Source of the DNA: an uncultured virus (IMG/VR IMGVR_UViG_3300020175_000006)
Taxonomy: Duplodnaviria > Heunggongvirae > Uroviricota > Caudoviricetes
Virus record (IMG/VR): IMGVR_UViG_3300020175_000006
DNA length: 64,000 bases
Reading direction: 5' to 3' (one strand)
The notes beneath the pieces are model-generated. The model ran no database searches. It had not been told where the DNA came from and saw only the letters and a list, made by a program, of their open reading frames with translations. Positions 1-9,725 of the stretch are shown one piece after another; position 1 is the first letter of the stretch; each line of letters begins with the position of its first letter. The translations under genes were made by a program, and so were the position numbers.

Positions 1-352
1 CTGAACTACCTGACGTTCCACTACTTCCTGAAGAACCTGACGTTCCACTACTTCCTGAAGAACCTGATTCTCCACTTGAACCTGAAGAACCTGATGTTCC
101 ACTACTTCCTGAAGAACCTGATGTTCCACTACTTCCTGAAGAACCTGATTCTCCACTTGAACCTGAAGAACCTGATGTTCCACTACTTCCTGAAGAACCT
201 GATGTTCCTGACGAACCTGAACTACCTGATTCTCCACTTGAACCTGATGAACCTGATGTCCCACTACTTCCTGAAGAGCCTGACGTTCCTGAAGAACCGC
301 TACTTCCGCTAGTTCCTGATGAACCTGATGTTCCACTAGAACCTGACGTTCC
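1..352 (-). repeat. Gly-X-Ser coding tandem repeat (9-bp triplet units)
   Basis: Repeated ctgaagaacctgatgttccactacttc-type units. Confidence 0.95.
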
Positions 353-688
353 TGATTGTCCCGTTCTTATCCATTGAGTACCATCGGTTTGAAGTTGGAT
401 GGATTGTAAAGGTGTTAGTACTATATCATCTTGTGATAAGTCAATTAGTGTATCATCATCTGTACCAATAATTAGATTACTAGTTTCTGATAAATTTTTA
501 AATATATATAACTTACCTGTTAAAGTAGTCGCAGATGCCGGAATAGTTACCACAATGTTGGTACTACCGCTCGCTACAATACTGTAATCATCATCTAAAA
601 GAATATAATCACCGTCCTCATTTCTAATAGGTAACGTTATATCACCTTTAGAAACTAAACCATTCCTTATTACAAGTTCATTTGCCAT
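1..688 (-). CDS. Gly-X-Ser repeat fibre-like protein, partial (runs off the left end); N-terminal domain paralogous to 755..4960
   Basis: ATG at 688; hand translation MANELVIRNGLVSKGDITLPIRNEDGDY...LQSIQLQTDGTQWIRTGQSGTSGSS..., then GSS/GTS/GES triplets; not in the ORF track because the stop lies outside the window. Confidence 0.9.
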   Translation of the reverse strand, partial: MANELVIRNGLVSKGDITLPIRNEDGDYILLDDDYSIVASGSTNIVVTIPASATTLTGKLYIFKNLSETSNLIIGTDDDTLIDLSQDDIVLTPLQSIQLQTDGTQWIRTGQSGTSGSSGTSGSSGTSGSSGSSGTSGSSGSSGTSGSSGSSGESGSSGSSGTSGSSGSSGTSGSSGSSGESGSSGSSGTSGSSGSSGTSGSSGSSGESGSSGSSGTSGSSGSSGTSGSS

Positions 689-689
689 A

Positions 690-697
690 TATAAATA
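690..697 (-). promoter_or_regulatory. TATTTATA motif (putative phage late promoter) directly before the ATG
   Basis: Coding strand reads TATTTATA-T-ATG; the same octamer recurs upstream of many structural genes. Confidence 0.55.
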
Positions 698-707
698 TTG
701 TTATATT

Positions 708-743
708 TTAAACTGAACCTGACGGTTGCCAGGTTCAGTTTAA
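708..743 (-). terminator. Stem-loop, probable intrinsic terminator or processing site
   Basis: Perfect 14-bp inverted repeat ttaaactgaacctg / caggttcagtttaa with 8-nt loop, just after the stop of 755..4960. Confidence 0.65.
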
Positions 744-754
744 TAATTTTATTA

Positions 755-3700
755 TTACATATACTCACCTAAAGGGCGAACATTTATAGTAATAGTATAT
801 GTACCACTTGTTATTGTGAAGCCTAAACTAGCTACTCCGCCAGTGGAGGTTACCCTAAACGAAAGTCCTGCCGTGGAACCTCCAGCATCTCTAGTTGAGG
901 TGTCCGTAAATTGTACCGATGTACTTGTTCCGTCCCAAGCTGATAAGATTGTTCCTGTTCTTGCTCCTGTTGTAGCGTCTGTCTTTTTAACCACATAATC
1001 AATAACCATACCGTCATAATCTGACTGGTTTACAGAGTAGAATGTAGTGTTACTACTCACGACTCCCGCTTGACTAAAGGTTTTAACACCTCTAAACAAG
1101 TCAAATTGTATACAAACGTTATCTACAGGTGTATTTGAAGTGTCAACAAGTGGTGACGCGTATACTGCAGTTGGTGTTATAGTTAGTATGTTACTTGAGA
1201 ATGAAGTTCCTTCCGCATCGAATTCATAGATGATATAACTATCAGTATCATTAAGTTCTGTAATAGTTAACGTTCCACTTAACCGTCTGCCGTTAATCAT
1301 TGTGTAATACTGAGTCCAATCAACACCATCAAAGTTTGTATCAAATATTCTAATAGTACTTGCTGTTGTAATACCTCCAACAAATTGAATGTCACCGTTC
1401 GCATCGGGTACGTTAGAATCTACCTTATAAGTATTACATATTCCTTCACCTGATGTTCCTGAAGAACCACTACTTCCTGAAGTACCTGAAGAACCTGACG
1501 TTCCGCTACTTCCTGAAGAACCTGACGTTCCTGAAGAACCGCTACTACCACTAGTTCCGCTTGAACCTGAACTACCTGACGTTCCACTACTTCCTGAAGA
1601 ACCTGATGTTCCTGATGAACCGCTTGAACCTGAAGTTCCTGAAGAACCTGAACTACCTGATGTTCCGCTACTTCCTGAAGAACCTGATGTTCCTGAAGAA
1701 CCGCTACTTCCACTAGTTCCGCTTGAACCTGAACTACCTGACGTTCCACTACTTCCTGAAGAACCTGATGTTCCTGAAGAACCGCTACTTCCACTAGTTC
1801 CGCTTGAACCTGAACTACCTGACGTTCCACTACTTCCTGAAGAACCTGAAGTTCCTGAAGAACCTGAACTACCTGATGTTCCGCTACTTCCTGAAGAACC
1901 TGACGTTCCTGATGAACCGCTTGAACCTGAAGTTCCTGAAGAACCTGAACTACCTGATGTTCCACTACTTCCTGAAGAACCTGATGTTCCTGAAGAACCG
2001 CTACTTCCACTAGTTCCGCTTGAACCTGAACTACCTGACGTTCCACTACTTCCTGAAGAACCTGAACTACCTGATGTTCCGCTACTTCCTGAAGAACCTG
2101 ATGTTCCTGAAGAACCGCTACTTCCACTAGTTCCGCTTGAACCTGAACTACCTGACGTTCCACTACTTCCTGAAGAACCTGATGTTCCTGAAGAACCGCT
2201 ACTTCCACTAGTTCCGCTTGAACCTGAACTACCTGACGTTCCACTACTTCCTGAAGAACCTGAAGTTCCTGAAGAACCTGAACTACCTGATGTTCCGCTA
2301 CTTCCTGAAGAACCTGACGTTCCTGATGAACCTGAAGAACCTGATGTTCCTGAAGAACCGCTACTACCACTAGTTCCGCTTGAGCCTGAACTACCTGACG
2401 TTCCACTGCTTCCTGAAGAACCTGATGTTCCTGATGAACCGCTTGAACCTGAAGTTCCTGAAGAACCTGAACTACCTGATGTTCCGCTACTTCCTGAAGA
2501 ACCTGACGTTCCTGATGAACCTGAAGAACCTGATGTTCCTGATGAACCTGAACTACCTGACGTTCCACTACTTCCTGAAGAACCTGACGTTCCTGAAGAA
2601 CCAGATGAACCTGAAGTTCCGCTACTTCCTGATGAACCTGAAGAACCTGATGTTCCTGAAGAACCTGAACTACCTGAGGTTCCTGATGAACCACTACTTC
2701 CTGAAGAACCTGACGTTCCTGAAGAACCAGATGAACCTGAAGTTCCGCTACTTCCTGATGAACCTGATGTTCCTGAAGAACCTGAACTACCGGATGTTCC
2801 GCTACTTCCTGAAGAACCTGACGTTCCTGATGAACCACTACTTCCACTAGTTCCTGATGAACCTGAACTACCTGATGTTCCACTACTTCCTGATGAACCT
2901 GATGTCCCTGAAGAACCACTACTTCCGCTAGTTCCTGAAGAACCAGATGAACCTGATGTTCCTGAAGAACCACTACTTCCACTAGTTCCTGATGAACCTG
3001 AAGAACCTGATGTTCCTGAAGAACCACTACTTCCACTAGTTCCTGATGAACCTGAAGAACCTGATGTTCCTGATGAACCACTACTTCCACTAGTTCCTGA
3101 TGAACCTGAACTACCTGATGTTCCACTACTTCCTGATGAACCTGATGTTCCTGAAGAACCACTACTTCCACTAGTTCCTGATGAACCTGATGAACCTGAT
3201 GAACCTGATGAACCACTACTTCCACTAGTTCCTGATGAACCTGAAGAACCTGATGTTCCGCTACTTCCTGATGAACCTGATGTTCCGCTACTTCCTGATG
3301 AACCTGATGTTCCTGATGAACCTGAACTACCTGACGTTCCACTACTTCCTGAAGAACCTGACGTTCCACTACTTCCTGAAGAACCTGATGTTCCTGATGA
3401 ACCTGAAGAACCTGATGTTCCACTACTTCCTGAAGAACCTGATGTTCCACTACTTCCTGAAGAACCTGATGTTCCTGATGAACCTGAAGAACCTGATGTT
3501 CCTGATGAACCTGAACTACCTGATGTTCCACTACTTCCTGATGAACCTGAAGAACCTGACGTTCCGCTACTTCCTGATGAACCTGATGTTCCTGATGAAC
3601 CTGAACTACCTGATGTTCCACTACTTCCTGATGAACCTGATGTTCCTGATGAACCTGAACTGCCTGATGTTCCACTACTTCCTGATGAACCTGAAGTTCC

Positions 3701-4960
3701 GCTACTTCCTGAAGAACCTGATGTTCCTGATGAACCACTACTTCCGCTAGTTCCTGATGAACCTGAAGAACCTGATGTTCCTGATGAACCTGAAGAACCT
3801 GATGTTCCGCTACTTCCTGATGAACCTGATGTTCCTGATGAACCTGAAGAACCTGATGTTCCTGAAGAACCACTACTTCCACTAGTTCCTGATGAACCTG
3901 AACTACCTGATGTTCCACTACTTCCTGATGAACCTGATGTTCCTGATGAACCTGAACTACCTGATGTTCCACTACTTCCTGATGAACCTGAAGTTCCGCT
4001 ACTTCCTGAAGAACCTGATGTTCCTGATGAACCACTACTTCCGCTAGTTCCTGATGAACCTGAAGAACCTGATGTTCCTGATGAACCTGAAGAACCTGAT
4101 GTTCCTGAAGAACCACTACTTCCACTAGTTCCTGATGAACCTGAAGAACCTGATGTTCCGCTACTTCCTGATGAACCTGATGTTCCTGATGAACCTGAAG
4201 AACCTGATGTTCCTGATGAACCTGAAGAACCTGACGTTCCACTACTTCCTGAAGAACCTGATGTTCCATTGGTAAATGGTGTAAAGCAAATTACCGCTGA
4301 CCCTAAATCAAGCGACATAGGATTAGTACCTACAAAATTATTAGTTTGAATAGTAAATCTATAGTATGTTGTAGCTGACTGAACCGCCTGAGGTGTGATT
4401 GAAGTGAAATTATCACTACTATCAGTTATTGTTATTAAACCAGACTCATTTTCAAACTGAGATAATAGACTTGTAATATCAATTCCGTTTTGAGTCGTAT
4501 CAACAACGATAGCTGTGTTAGTAGGGATACTATTATCTATAGTAATATTGTTATCTGCAGGTGTGACTTGTGACCCACTAATATTGGAAATATTTGTGTC
4601 GTAACATCCAGCACCTAATGAACCTCCTGTTTCACTTATAGTTAACCAGTTAGTACCATTAGTAATGATTTGTAAACTTTCATTAACAGATAAAGTAATT
4701 GTACTTTCACCATCAATAGTATTACCATTACCATCTACAATGACTTTTTGGCTTGAATTAAAATTATTTTTTATGATTAGATTTAACCCCTCTACAGGTG
4801 TAGGTAGGGTCATCGTTCTATTCGACGAAGATGCTGTTACATCTATATAGTAATCTGTGTCCGCATCTATTGAGTAATTAGCGTCATTTATCTCAATCAA
4901 CGGTAGTCTAACACCCCCAAGGGATATTAGACCTTTTCTTAATACAAATCCATTTGCCAT
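755..4960 (-). CDS. Putative fibre protein with ~940-aa Gly-X-Ser (GSS/GTS) repeat between globular domains
   Basis: 1401-aa ORF; unique N- and C-terminal domains flank a Gly-every-third-residue repeat. Confidence 0.85.
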   Translation of the reverse strand: MANGFVLRKGLISLGGVRLPLIEINDANYSIDADTDYYIDVTASSSNRTMTLPTPVEGLNLIIKNNFNSSQKVIVDGNGNTIDGESTITLSVNESLQIITNGTNWLTISETGGSLGAGCYDTNISNISGSQVTPADNNITIDNSIPTNTAIVVDTTQNGIDITSLLSQFENESGLITITDSSDNFTSITPQAVQSATTYYRFTIQTNNFVGTNPMSLDLGSAVICFTPFTNGTSGSSGSSGTSGSSGSSGTSGSSGSSGTSGSSGSSGTSGSSGSSGTSGSSGSSGTSGSSGSSGTSGSSGSSGTSGSSGSSGTSGSSGSSGTSGSSGSSGTSGSSGSSGTSGSSGSSGTSGSSGSSGTSGSSGSSGTSGSSGSSGTSGSSGSSGTSGSSGSSGTSGSSGSSGTSGSSGSSGTSGSSGSSGTSGSSGSSGTSGSSGSSGTSGSSGSSGTSGSSGSSGTSGSSGSSGTSGSSGSSGSSGTSGSSGSSGTSGSSGSSGTSGSSGSSGTSGSSGSSGTSGSSGSSGTSGSSGSSGTSGSSGSSGTSGSSGSSGTSGSSGSSGTSGSSGSSGTSGSSGSSGTSGSSGSSGSSGSSGSSGTSGSSGSSGTSGSSGSSGTSGSSGSSGTSGSSGSSGTSGSSGSSGTSGSSGSSGTSGSSGSSGTSGSSGSSGTSGSSGSSGTSGSSGSSGTSGSSGSSGTSGSSGSSGTSGSSGSSGTSGSSGSSGTSGSSGSSGTSGSSGSSGTSGSSGSSGTSGSSGSSGSSGTSGSSGSSGTSGSSGSSGSSGTSGSSGSSGTSGSSGSSGTSGSSGSSGTSGSSGSSGTSGSSGSSGTSGSSGSSGTSGSSGSSGTSGSSGSSGTSGSSGSSGTSGSSGSSGTSGSSGSSGTSGSSGSSGTSGSSGSSGTSGSSGSSGTSGSSGSSGTSGSSGSSGTSGSSGSSGTSGSSGSSGTSGSSGSSGTSGSSGSSGTSGSSGSSGSSGTSGSSGSSGTSGSSGSSGTSGSSGSSGTSGSSGSSGTSGSSGSSGTSGSSGSSGTSGSSGSSGTSGSSGSSGTSGSSGSSGTSGSSGSSGTSGSSGSSGTSGSSGSSGTSGSSGSSGTSGSSGSSGTSGSSGSSGTSGSSGSSGTSGSSGSSGTSGSSGSSGTSGSSGSSGTSGSSGSSGTSGSSGTSGSSGSSGTSGEGICNTYKVDSNVPDANGDIQFVGGITTASTIRIFDTNFDGVDWTQYYTMINGRRLSGTLTITELNDTDSYIIYEFDAEGTSFSSNILTITPTAVYASPLVDTSNTPVDNVCIQFDLFRGVKTFSQAGVVSSNTTFYSVNQSDYDGMVIDYVVKKTDATTGARTGTILSAWDGTSTSVQFTDTSTRDAGGSTAGLSFRVTSTGGVASLGFTITSGTYTITINVRPLGEYM
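1447..4267 (-). repeat. (GTS-GSS-GSS)n coding repeat, synonymously diversified
   Basis: About 2.8 kb of 9/27-bp periodic sequence. Confidence 0.97.
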
Positions 4961-4993
4961 ATTTTATTTTTTTTAGGTTCTTTTTATTTTTTA

Positions 4994-5001
4994 TATAAAT
5001 A
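4994..5001 (-). promoter_or_regulatory. TATTTATA motif
   Basis: tataaata on + strand, ~34 nt upstream of the 4960 start. Confidence 0.5.
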
Positions 5002-5042
5002 CTTTTATATTGTATATTGTTATCTATTTCTACCTTATATTA

Positions 5043-6428
5043 TTAGAATAATATTTCAGTTCTTATTTTAACGTCCCATATCGTACTATTGGTCGTTGTG
5101 GCCCTTAAAATTATATTACTACCACTAATTAAAGTACTAAATACTATATCATCAGTATTAAATGTACCGTCTAAAGTTGAGTAATCCGTAAATACGTTAC
5201 TACTTCCATTTTTACTTACCGCCGATAATATTTTTCCAGTTCTAAATCCGCTTGTTGATTGTTCATTTACATAATATGTGAATTCGTATGAACTTCCTCC
5301 TGTAGTTGGTAGTGAGACTAAATTATGATTACCATTTGTGGTGATAGTCGTATTAACTGATTGTTGATATGAACTACCATATTGTACACTGTTTCCAGAT
5401 ATTAATAGGTTATTAGTTATTCCGTCAAATGTTAAATTACTTTCTACACTTCCAGTACCATCACCATCATAAGTAATAACCCCATTTACTGTATCTCCAT
5501 CTAACTCTAAAAACCCTGATGTTCCACTACTTCCTGAGGAACCTGATGTTCCACTAGAACCTGAACTACCTGATTCTCCTGAAGAACCTGAAGAACCTGA
5601 CGTTCCACTACTTCCTGAGGAACCTGATGTTCCACTAGAACCTGAACTACCTGATTCTCCTGAAGAACCTGAAGAACCTGACGTTCCACTACTTCCTGAT
5701 GAACCTGATGTTCCACTACTACCTGAACTACCTGATTCTCCTGAAGAACCTGAAGAACCTGACGTTCCACTACTTCCTGAGGAACCTGATGTTCCACTAG
5801 AACCTGAACTACCTGATTCTCCTGAAGAACCTGAAGAACCTGACGTTCCACTAGAACCTGAACTACCTGATTCTCCTGAAGAACCTGAAGAACCTGATGT
5901 TCCACTAGAACCTGAACTACCTGATGTTCCTGATGAACCTGAAGAACCTGACGTTCCACTACTTCCTGAGGAACCTGATGTTCCACTAGAACCTGAACTA
6001 CCTGATTCTCCTGAAGAACCTGAAGAACCTGATGTTCCACTAGAACCTGAACTACCTGATGTTCCTGAGGAACCTGATGTTCCACTAGAACCTGAACTAC
6101 CTGATTCTCCTGAAGAACCTGAACTTCCTGACGTTCCACTAGAACCTGATGAACCTGATTCTCCACCCGCACCTCCTTCTTTTAATACTAAATCCGAATC
6201 TGTAATACCTGAAAAATACCAATAATTTTGTATTCCATCTTCAGCCTCTGTTAATTGTAGTCCGTTATATGTTGTTGTACCAGTAACTATACCTACAGTT
6301 AACCCTACAAACCTATTCGCACTTACAATACTACTATTAGCGACTGTAGTGCTACTATACGGACCATATCTTGAATCGAGTGGTAAACCACCTTGTAAAT
6401 CTATATTACTACTTAAAACTATTCCCAT
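5043..6428 (-). CDS. Putative fibre protein with ~215-aa GSS/GTS/GES repeat
   Basis: 461-aa ORF; C-terminal domain (RTGKILSAV...FTDYSTLD) resembles the C-terminus of 755..4960. Confidence 0.85.
   Translation of the reverse strand: MGIVLSSNIDLQGGLPLDSRYGPYSSTTVANSSIVSANRFVGLTVGIVTGTTTYNGLQLTEAEDGIQNYWYFSGITDSDLVLKEGGAGGESGSSGSSGTSGSSGSSGESGSSGSSGTSGSSGTSGSSGSSGTSGSSGSSGESGSSGSSGTSGSSGSSGTSGSSGSSGTSGSSGSSGTSGSSGSSGESGSSGSSGTSGSSGSSGESGSSGSSGTSGSSGSSGTSGSSGSSGESGSSGSSGTSGSSGSSGTSGSSGSSGESGSSGSSGTSGSSGSSGTSGSSGSSGESGSSGSSGTSGSSGSSGTSGFLELDGDTVNGVITYDGDGTGSVESNLTFDGITNNLLISGNSVQYGSSYQQSVNTTITTNGNHNLVSLPTTGGSSYEFTYYVNEQSTSGFRTGKILSAVSKNGSSNVFTDYSTLDGTFNTDDIVFSTLISGSNIILRATTTNSTIWDVKIRTEILF
5514..6165 (-). 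repeat. Gly-X-Ser coding repeat containing GES
   Basis: Periodic sequence seen directly. Confidence 0.95.
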
Positions 6429-6432
6429 GATA

Positions 6433-9400
6433 TTATACTGTAGATGTTCTTAATTGCATCGACCCAAAACTTTGGGTTTCTGTTTGATAGTTACCTATGT
6501 AAATTTTATACCCTACTCCATTCCAATAACCGTCAGGACTATCAATATTTGCAGTATCAAAGGTTTGGAATAATCCAGTTGAACCAAAGTTCCCTTTGTT
6601 TAAATCAGACACGAAATAACTCTGCTTTGTGTTATATTCTTCGAAATGTGCAAACCATAAGAACTCAGAAGAAGCATTAAATGTTATTGTTAATGTACTA
6701 TCTTGGTTATTCGTAATTGATGACTTATTAGCCGTTCCTCCCGATATTGCGTCTTGAATAGAACTAATTGTTGGTTGGGTGGATGATGTACCATACCAAT
6801 ATGGATATACACCTGTAATCGTTCTGTTGGACGCATCTAAGTTTGTCCTGGCAGCCTGTGGGGTATTACTATTCGTTCCAAAACTTCTAGTATCGTCATT
6901 ACCTTTATTGTCTTTTTTAACAACACCTGCGTCGCAATCACCTTCCGCGTCATACGTAGTTGAACTACTTGTATTACTTCCTGTTGGTGTGGGTACTGTT
7001 AATGTTTCACTAAGTGCCGTACTAGTATATGTGTGGTTAGGGTTATTATTATTTGTAAATCCAAATTGGTCTGGTATATCAGTAGCGGACCCTTCTGTTG
7101 GTGAATTATCTGTTATAACATCGGATGAATTTTTTCTTAGTCTGATGGACGTGAACTCACCCGCATCATTCTTAGTAGCGACACCTGTAAAGTTTATACT
7201 TTCTGTAGTTCCTACCTCAAGAGTTTGACTATTTATACCACTAGTAGTAATTGAAGGTGTTGTATATGTTGGTAATACAGTTGGGAATAGTAAGTCGTTA
7301 AATAAATCAACCATAGTTTTTCCTGTTAAATCGGCAACTGTCGTTCCAGCCTCTATACCTCCTACATCTGCATCCATTTCTAAAGAACTCGTTAAATTAG
7401 TATTATATATTGTGTCCGCAGTATAAGGTGTTGATGTGGTTCCTGAACCTGTTATTCTCACTCCTTCACCACCTACAGTTTCACCACCTATACCTGATGT
7501 TCCTGATGAACCTGAACTACCTGATTCTCCTGAAGAACCTGAACTTCCTGATGTTCCACTAGAACCTGAACTACCTGATTCTCCACTACTTCCTGATGAA
7601 CCTGATGTTCCACTACTACCTGAACTACCTGATTCTCCACTACTTCCTGATGAACCTGATGTTCCACTACTTCCTGATGAACCTGATTCTCCACTACTTC
7701 CTGATGAACCTGACGTTCCACTAGAACCTGAACTACCTGATTCTCCACTAGAACCTGATGAACCTGACGTTCCACTAGAACCTGAACTACCTGATTCTCC
7801 ACTACTTCCTGATGAACCTGATGTTCCACTACTTCCTGATGAACCTGATTCTCCTGAAGAACCTGAACTTCCTGATGTTCCACTACTACCTGAACTACCT
7901 GATTCTCCACTACTTCCTGATGAACCTGATGTTCCACTACTACCTGAACTACCTGATTCTCCTGAAGAACCTGAACTTCCTGATGTTCCACTACTACCTG
8001 AACTACCTGATTCTCCACTACTTCCTGATGAACCTGATGTTCCACTACTACCTGAACTACCTGATTCTCCACTACTTCCTGATGAACCTGATGTTCCACT
8101 AGAACCTGAACTACCTGATTCTCCACTAGAACCTGATGAACCTGACGTTCCACTACTTCCTGATGAACCTGATTCTCCTGAAGAACCTGAACTTCCTGAT
8201 GTTCCACTAGAACCTGAACTACCTGATTCTCCACTACTTCCTGATGAACCTGATGTTCCACTACTTCCTGATGAACCTGATTCTCCTGAAGAACCTGAAC
8301 TTCCTGATGTTCCACTAGAACCTGAACTACCTGATTCTCCACTACTTCCTGATGAACCTGATGTTCCACTACTTCCTGATGAACCTGATTCTCCTGAAGA
8401 ACCTGAACTTCCTGATGTTCCACTAGAACCTGAACTACCTGATTCTCCACTACTTCCTGATGAACCTGATGTTCCACTACTTCCTGAACTACCTGATTCT
8501 CCACTACTTCCTGATGAACCTGATGTTCCACTACTTCCTGAAGAACCTGAACTTCCTGATGTTCCACTAGAACCTGAACTACCTGATTCTCCACTACTTC
8601 CTGATGAACCTGATGTTCCACTACTTCCTGATGAACCTGATTCTCCTGAAGAACCTGAACTTCCTGATGTTCCACTACTTCCTGAACTACCTGATTCTCC
8701 ACTACTTCCTGATGAACCTGACGTTCCACTACTTCCTGATGAACCTGATTCTCCTGAAGAACCTGAACTTCCTGATGTTCCACTAGAACCTGAACTACCT
8801 GATTCTCCACTACTTCCTGATGAACCTGACGTTCCACTACTTCCTGATGAACCTGATTCTCCTGAAGAACCTGAACTTCCTGATGTTCCACTACTACCTG
8901 AACTACCTGATTCTCCACTACTTCCTGATGAACCTGATGTTCCACTACTTCCTGATGTTCCACTACTTCCTGATGAACCTGAACCTCCACCAGTAAAACC
9001 CGTGACACTTACCGTATCACCTAAATTATTATAAAGTTCTAATGTTGAAGTTCCGCTTAAGTATGTTCCACCTGTTATTGTCGTTAATCCACTTATGGTA
9101 ACCGTGTTACCACTATTTGAACTTAAGCTTAAATCTCCGGTACTATTATAATCTACAGTACCTCCCGTAACTTGCCAGTCAGTACCCCAAAATATCCTCC
9201 ATCTTGCATTAGTGGCACTAACTCCATTATATCCTTCAACTGTTGAACCTGTCCAAGCGTTTAGTAAGTTTGTACCATCGGTTGTTGCGTTGGTGACACT
9301 ATATAGCCCATCTCCCGAATTATATGAAATCGACCCCGCACTGTCAGCAGCATTAAATAAACTTTCATAATTTGGTATGACATACTGATATGTTTTATCA

Positions 9401-9714
9401 ACTTCTCTGACGTAAACCAACATACCAATTTTTCTTCTTCCTGAAGATATCCCATCAGCCCAAAGTTTAACAGTGTCGGGTAAAAAAGATAATCCTCTTT
9501 CGACATACCTTATCGGTATGGTGTTAGCAGATAATTGTATATCTGAACCAGGACTACCGGTTAATATTAAATCTAAATCGCTTATAGTATTAACTTCCCT
9601 ATAACCTCCAATATTATTAATACTAAAGTTACTACCTACATATGTTTCAGGTTGTAATGATATCGCGTCTGTATTAACTATTGACGATTTTGGAGTTCTA
9701 TATTCGTATGCCAT
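6433..9714 (-). CDS. Putative fibre protein with ~500-aa (GESGSSGSSGTSGSSGSS)n repeat
   Basis: 1093-aa ORF; N-terminal RRKIGMLVYV-type domain; beta-rich C-terminus. Confidence 0.85.
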   Translation of the reverse strand: MAYEYRTPKSSIVNTDAISLQPETYVGSNFSINNIGGYREVNTISDLDLILTGSPGSDIQLSANTIPIRYVERGLSFLPDTVKLWADGISSGRRKIGMLVYVREVDKTYQYVIPNYESLFNAADSAGSISYNSGDGLYSVTNATTDGTNLLNAWTGSTVEGYNGVSATNARWRIFWGTDWQVTGGTVDYNSTGDLSLSSNSGNTVTISGLTTITGGTYLSGTSTLELYNNLGDTVSVTGFTGGGSGSSGSSGTSGSSGTSGSSGSSGESGSSGSSGTSGSSGSSGESGSSGSSGTSGSSGSSGESGSSGSSGTSGSSGSSGESGSSGSSGTSGSSGSSGESGSSGSSGTSGSSGSSGESGSSGSSGTSGSSGSSGESGSSGSSGTSGSSGSSGSSGTSGSSGSSGESGSSGSSGTSGSSGSSGESGSSGSSGTSGSSGSSGESGSSGSSGTSGSSGSSGESGSSGSSGTSGSSGSSGESGSSGSSGTSGSSGSSGESGSSGSSGTSGSSGSSGESGSSGSSGTSGSSGSSGESGSSGSSGTSGSSGSSGESGSSGSSGTSGSSGSSGESGSSGSSGTSGSSGSSGESGSSGSSGTSGSSGSSGESGSSGSSGTSGSSGSSGESGSSGSSGTSGSSGSSGESGSSGSSGTSGSSGSSGESGSSGSSGTSGSSGSSGESGSSGSSGTSGSSGSSGESGSSGSSGTSGSSGSSGESGSSGSSGTSGSSGSSGESGSSGSSGTSGIGGETVGGEGVRITGSGTTSTPYTADTIYNTNLTSSLEMDADVGGIEAGTTVADLTGKTMVDLFNDLLFPTVLPTYTTPSITTSGINSQTLEVGTTESINFTGVATKNDAGEFTSIRLRKNSSDVITDNSPTEGSATDIPDQFGFTNNNNPNHTYTSTALSETLTVPTPTGSNTSSSTTYDAEGDCDAGVVKKDNKGNDDTRSFGTNSNTPQAARTNLDASNRTITGVYPYWYGTSSTQPTISSIQDAISGGTANKSSITNNQDSTLTITFNASSEFLWFAHFEEYNTKQSYFVSDLNKGNFGSTGLFQTFDTANIDSPDGYWNGVGYKIYIGNYQTETQSFGSMQLRTSTV
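7492..8985 (-). repeat. 54-bp/18-aa periodic Gly-X-Ser repeat
   Basis: GES and GTS alternate every 9 residues. Confidence 0.95.
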
Positions 9715-9725
9715 TTATTATATTT

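Noticed and set aside
708..743. Hairpin arm (ctgaacctga) matches the Gly-Ser repeat DNA, suggesting antisense pairing with repeat mRNA
   Set aside because: Only ~10 nt of match, and position after a stop codon fits a simple terminator
1420..9008. Long alternative-frame minus-strand ORFs (EHQVLQEVV...; 1420..4269, 5507..6172, 7488..9008)
   Set aside because: These are the +1 frame of GGA-ACA-TCA-GGT-TCT-TCA repeats, which lacks stops by construction; they begin and end with the repeats and have no unique domains
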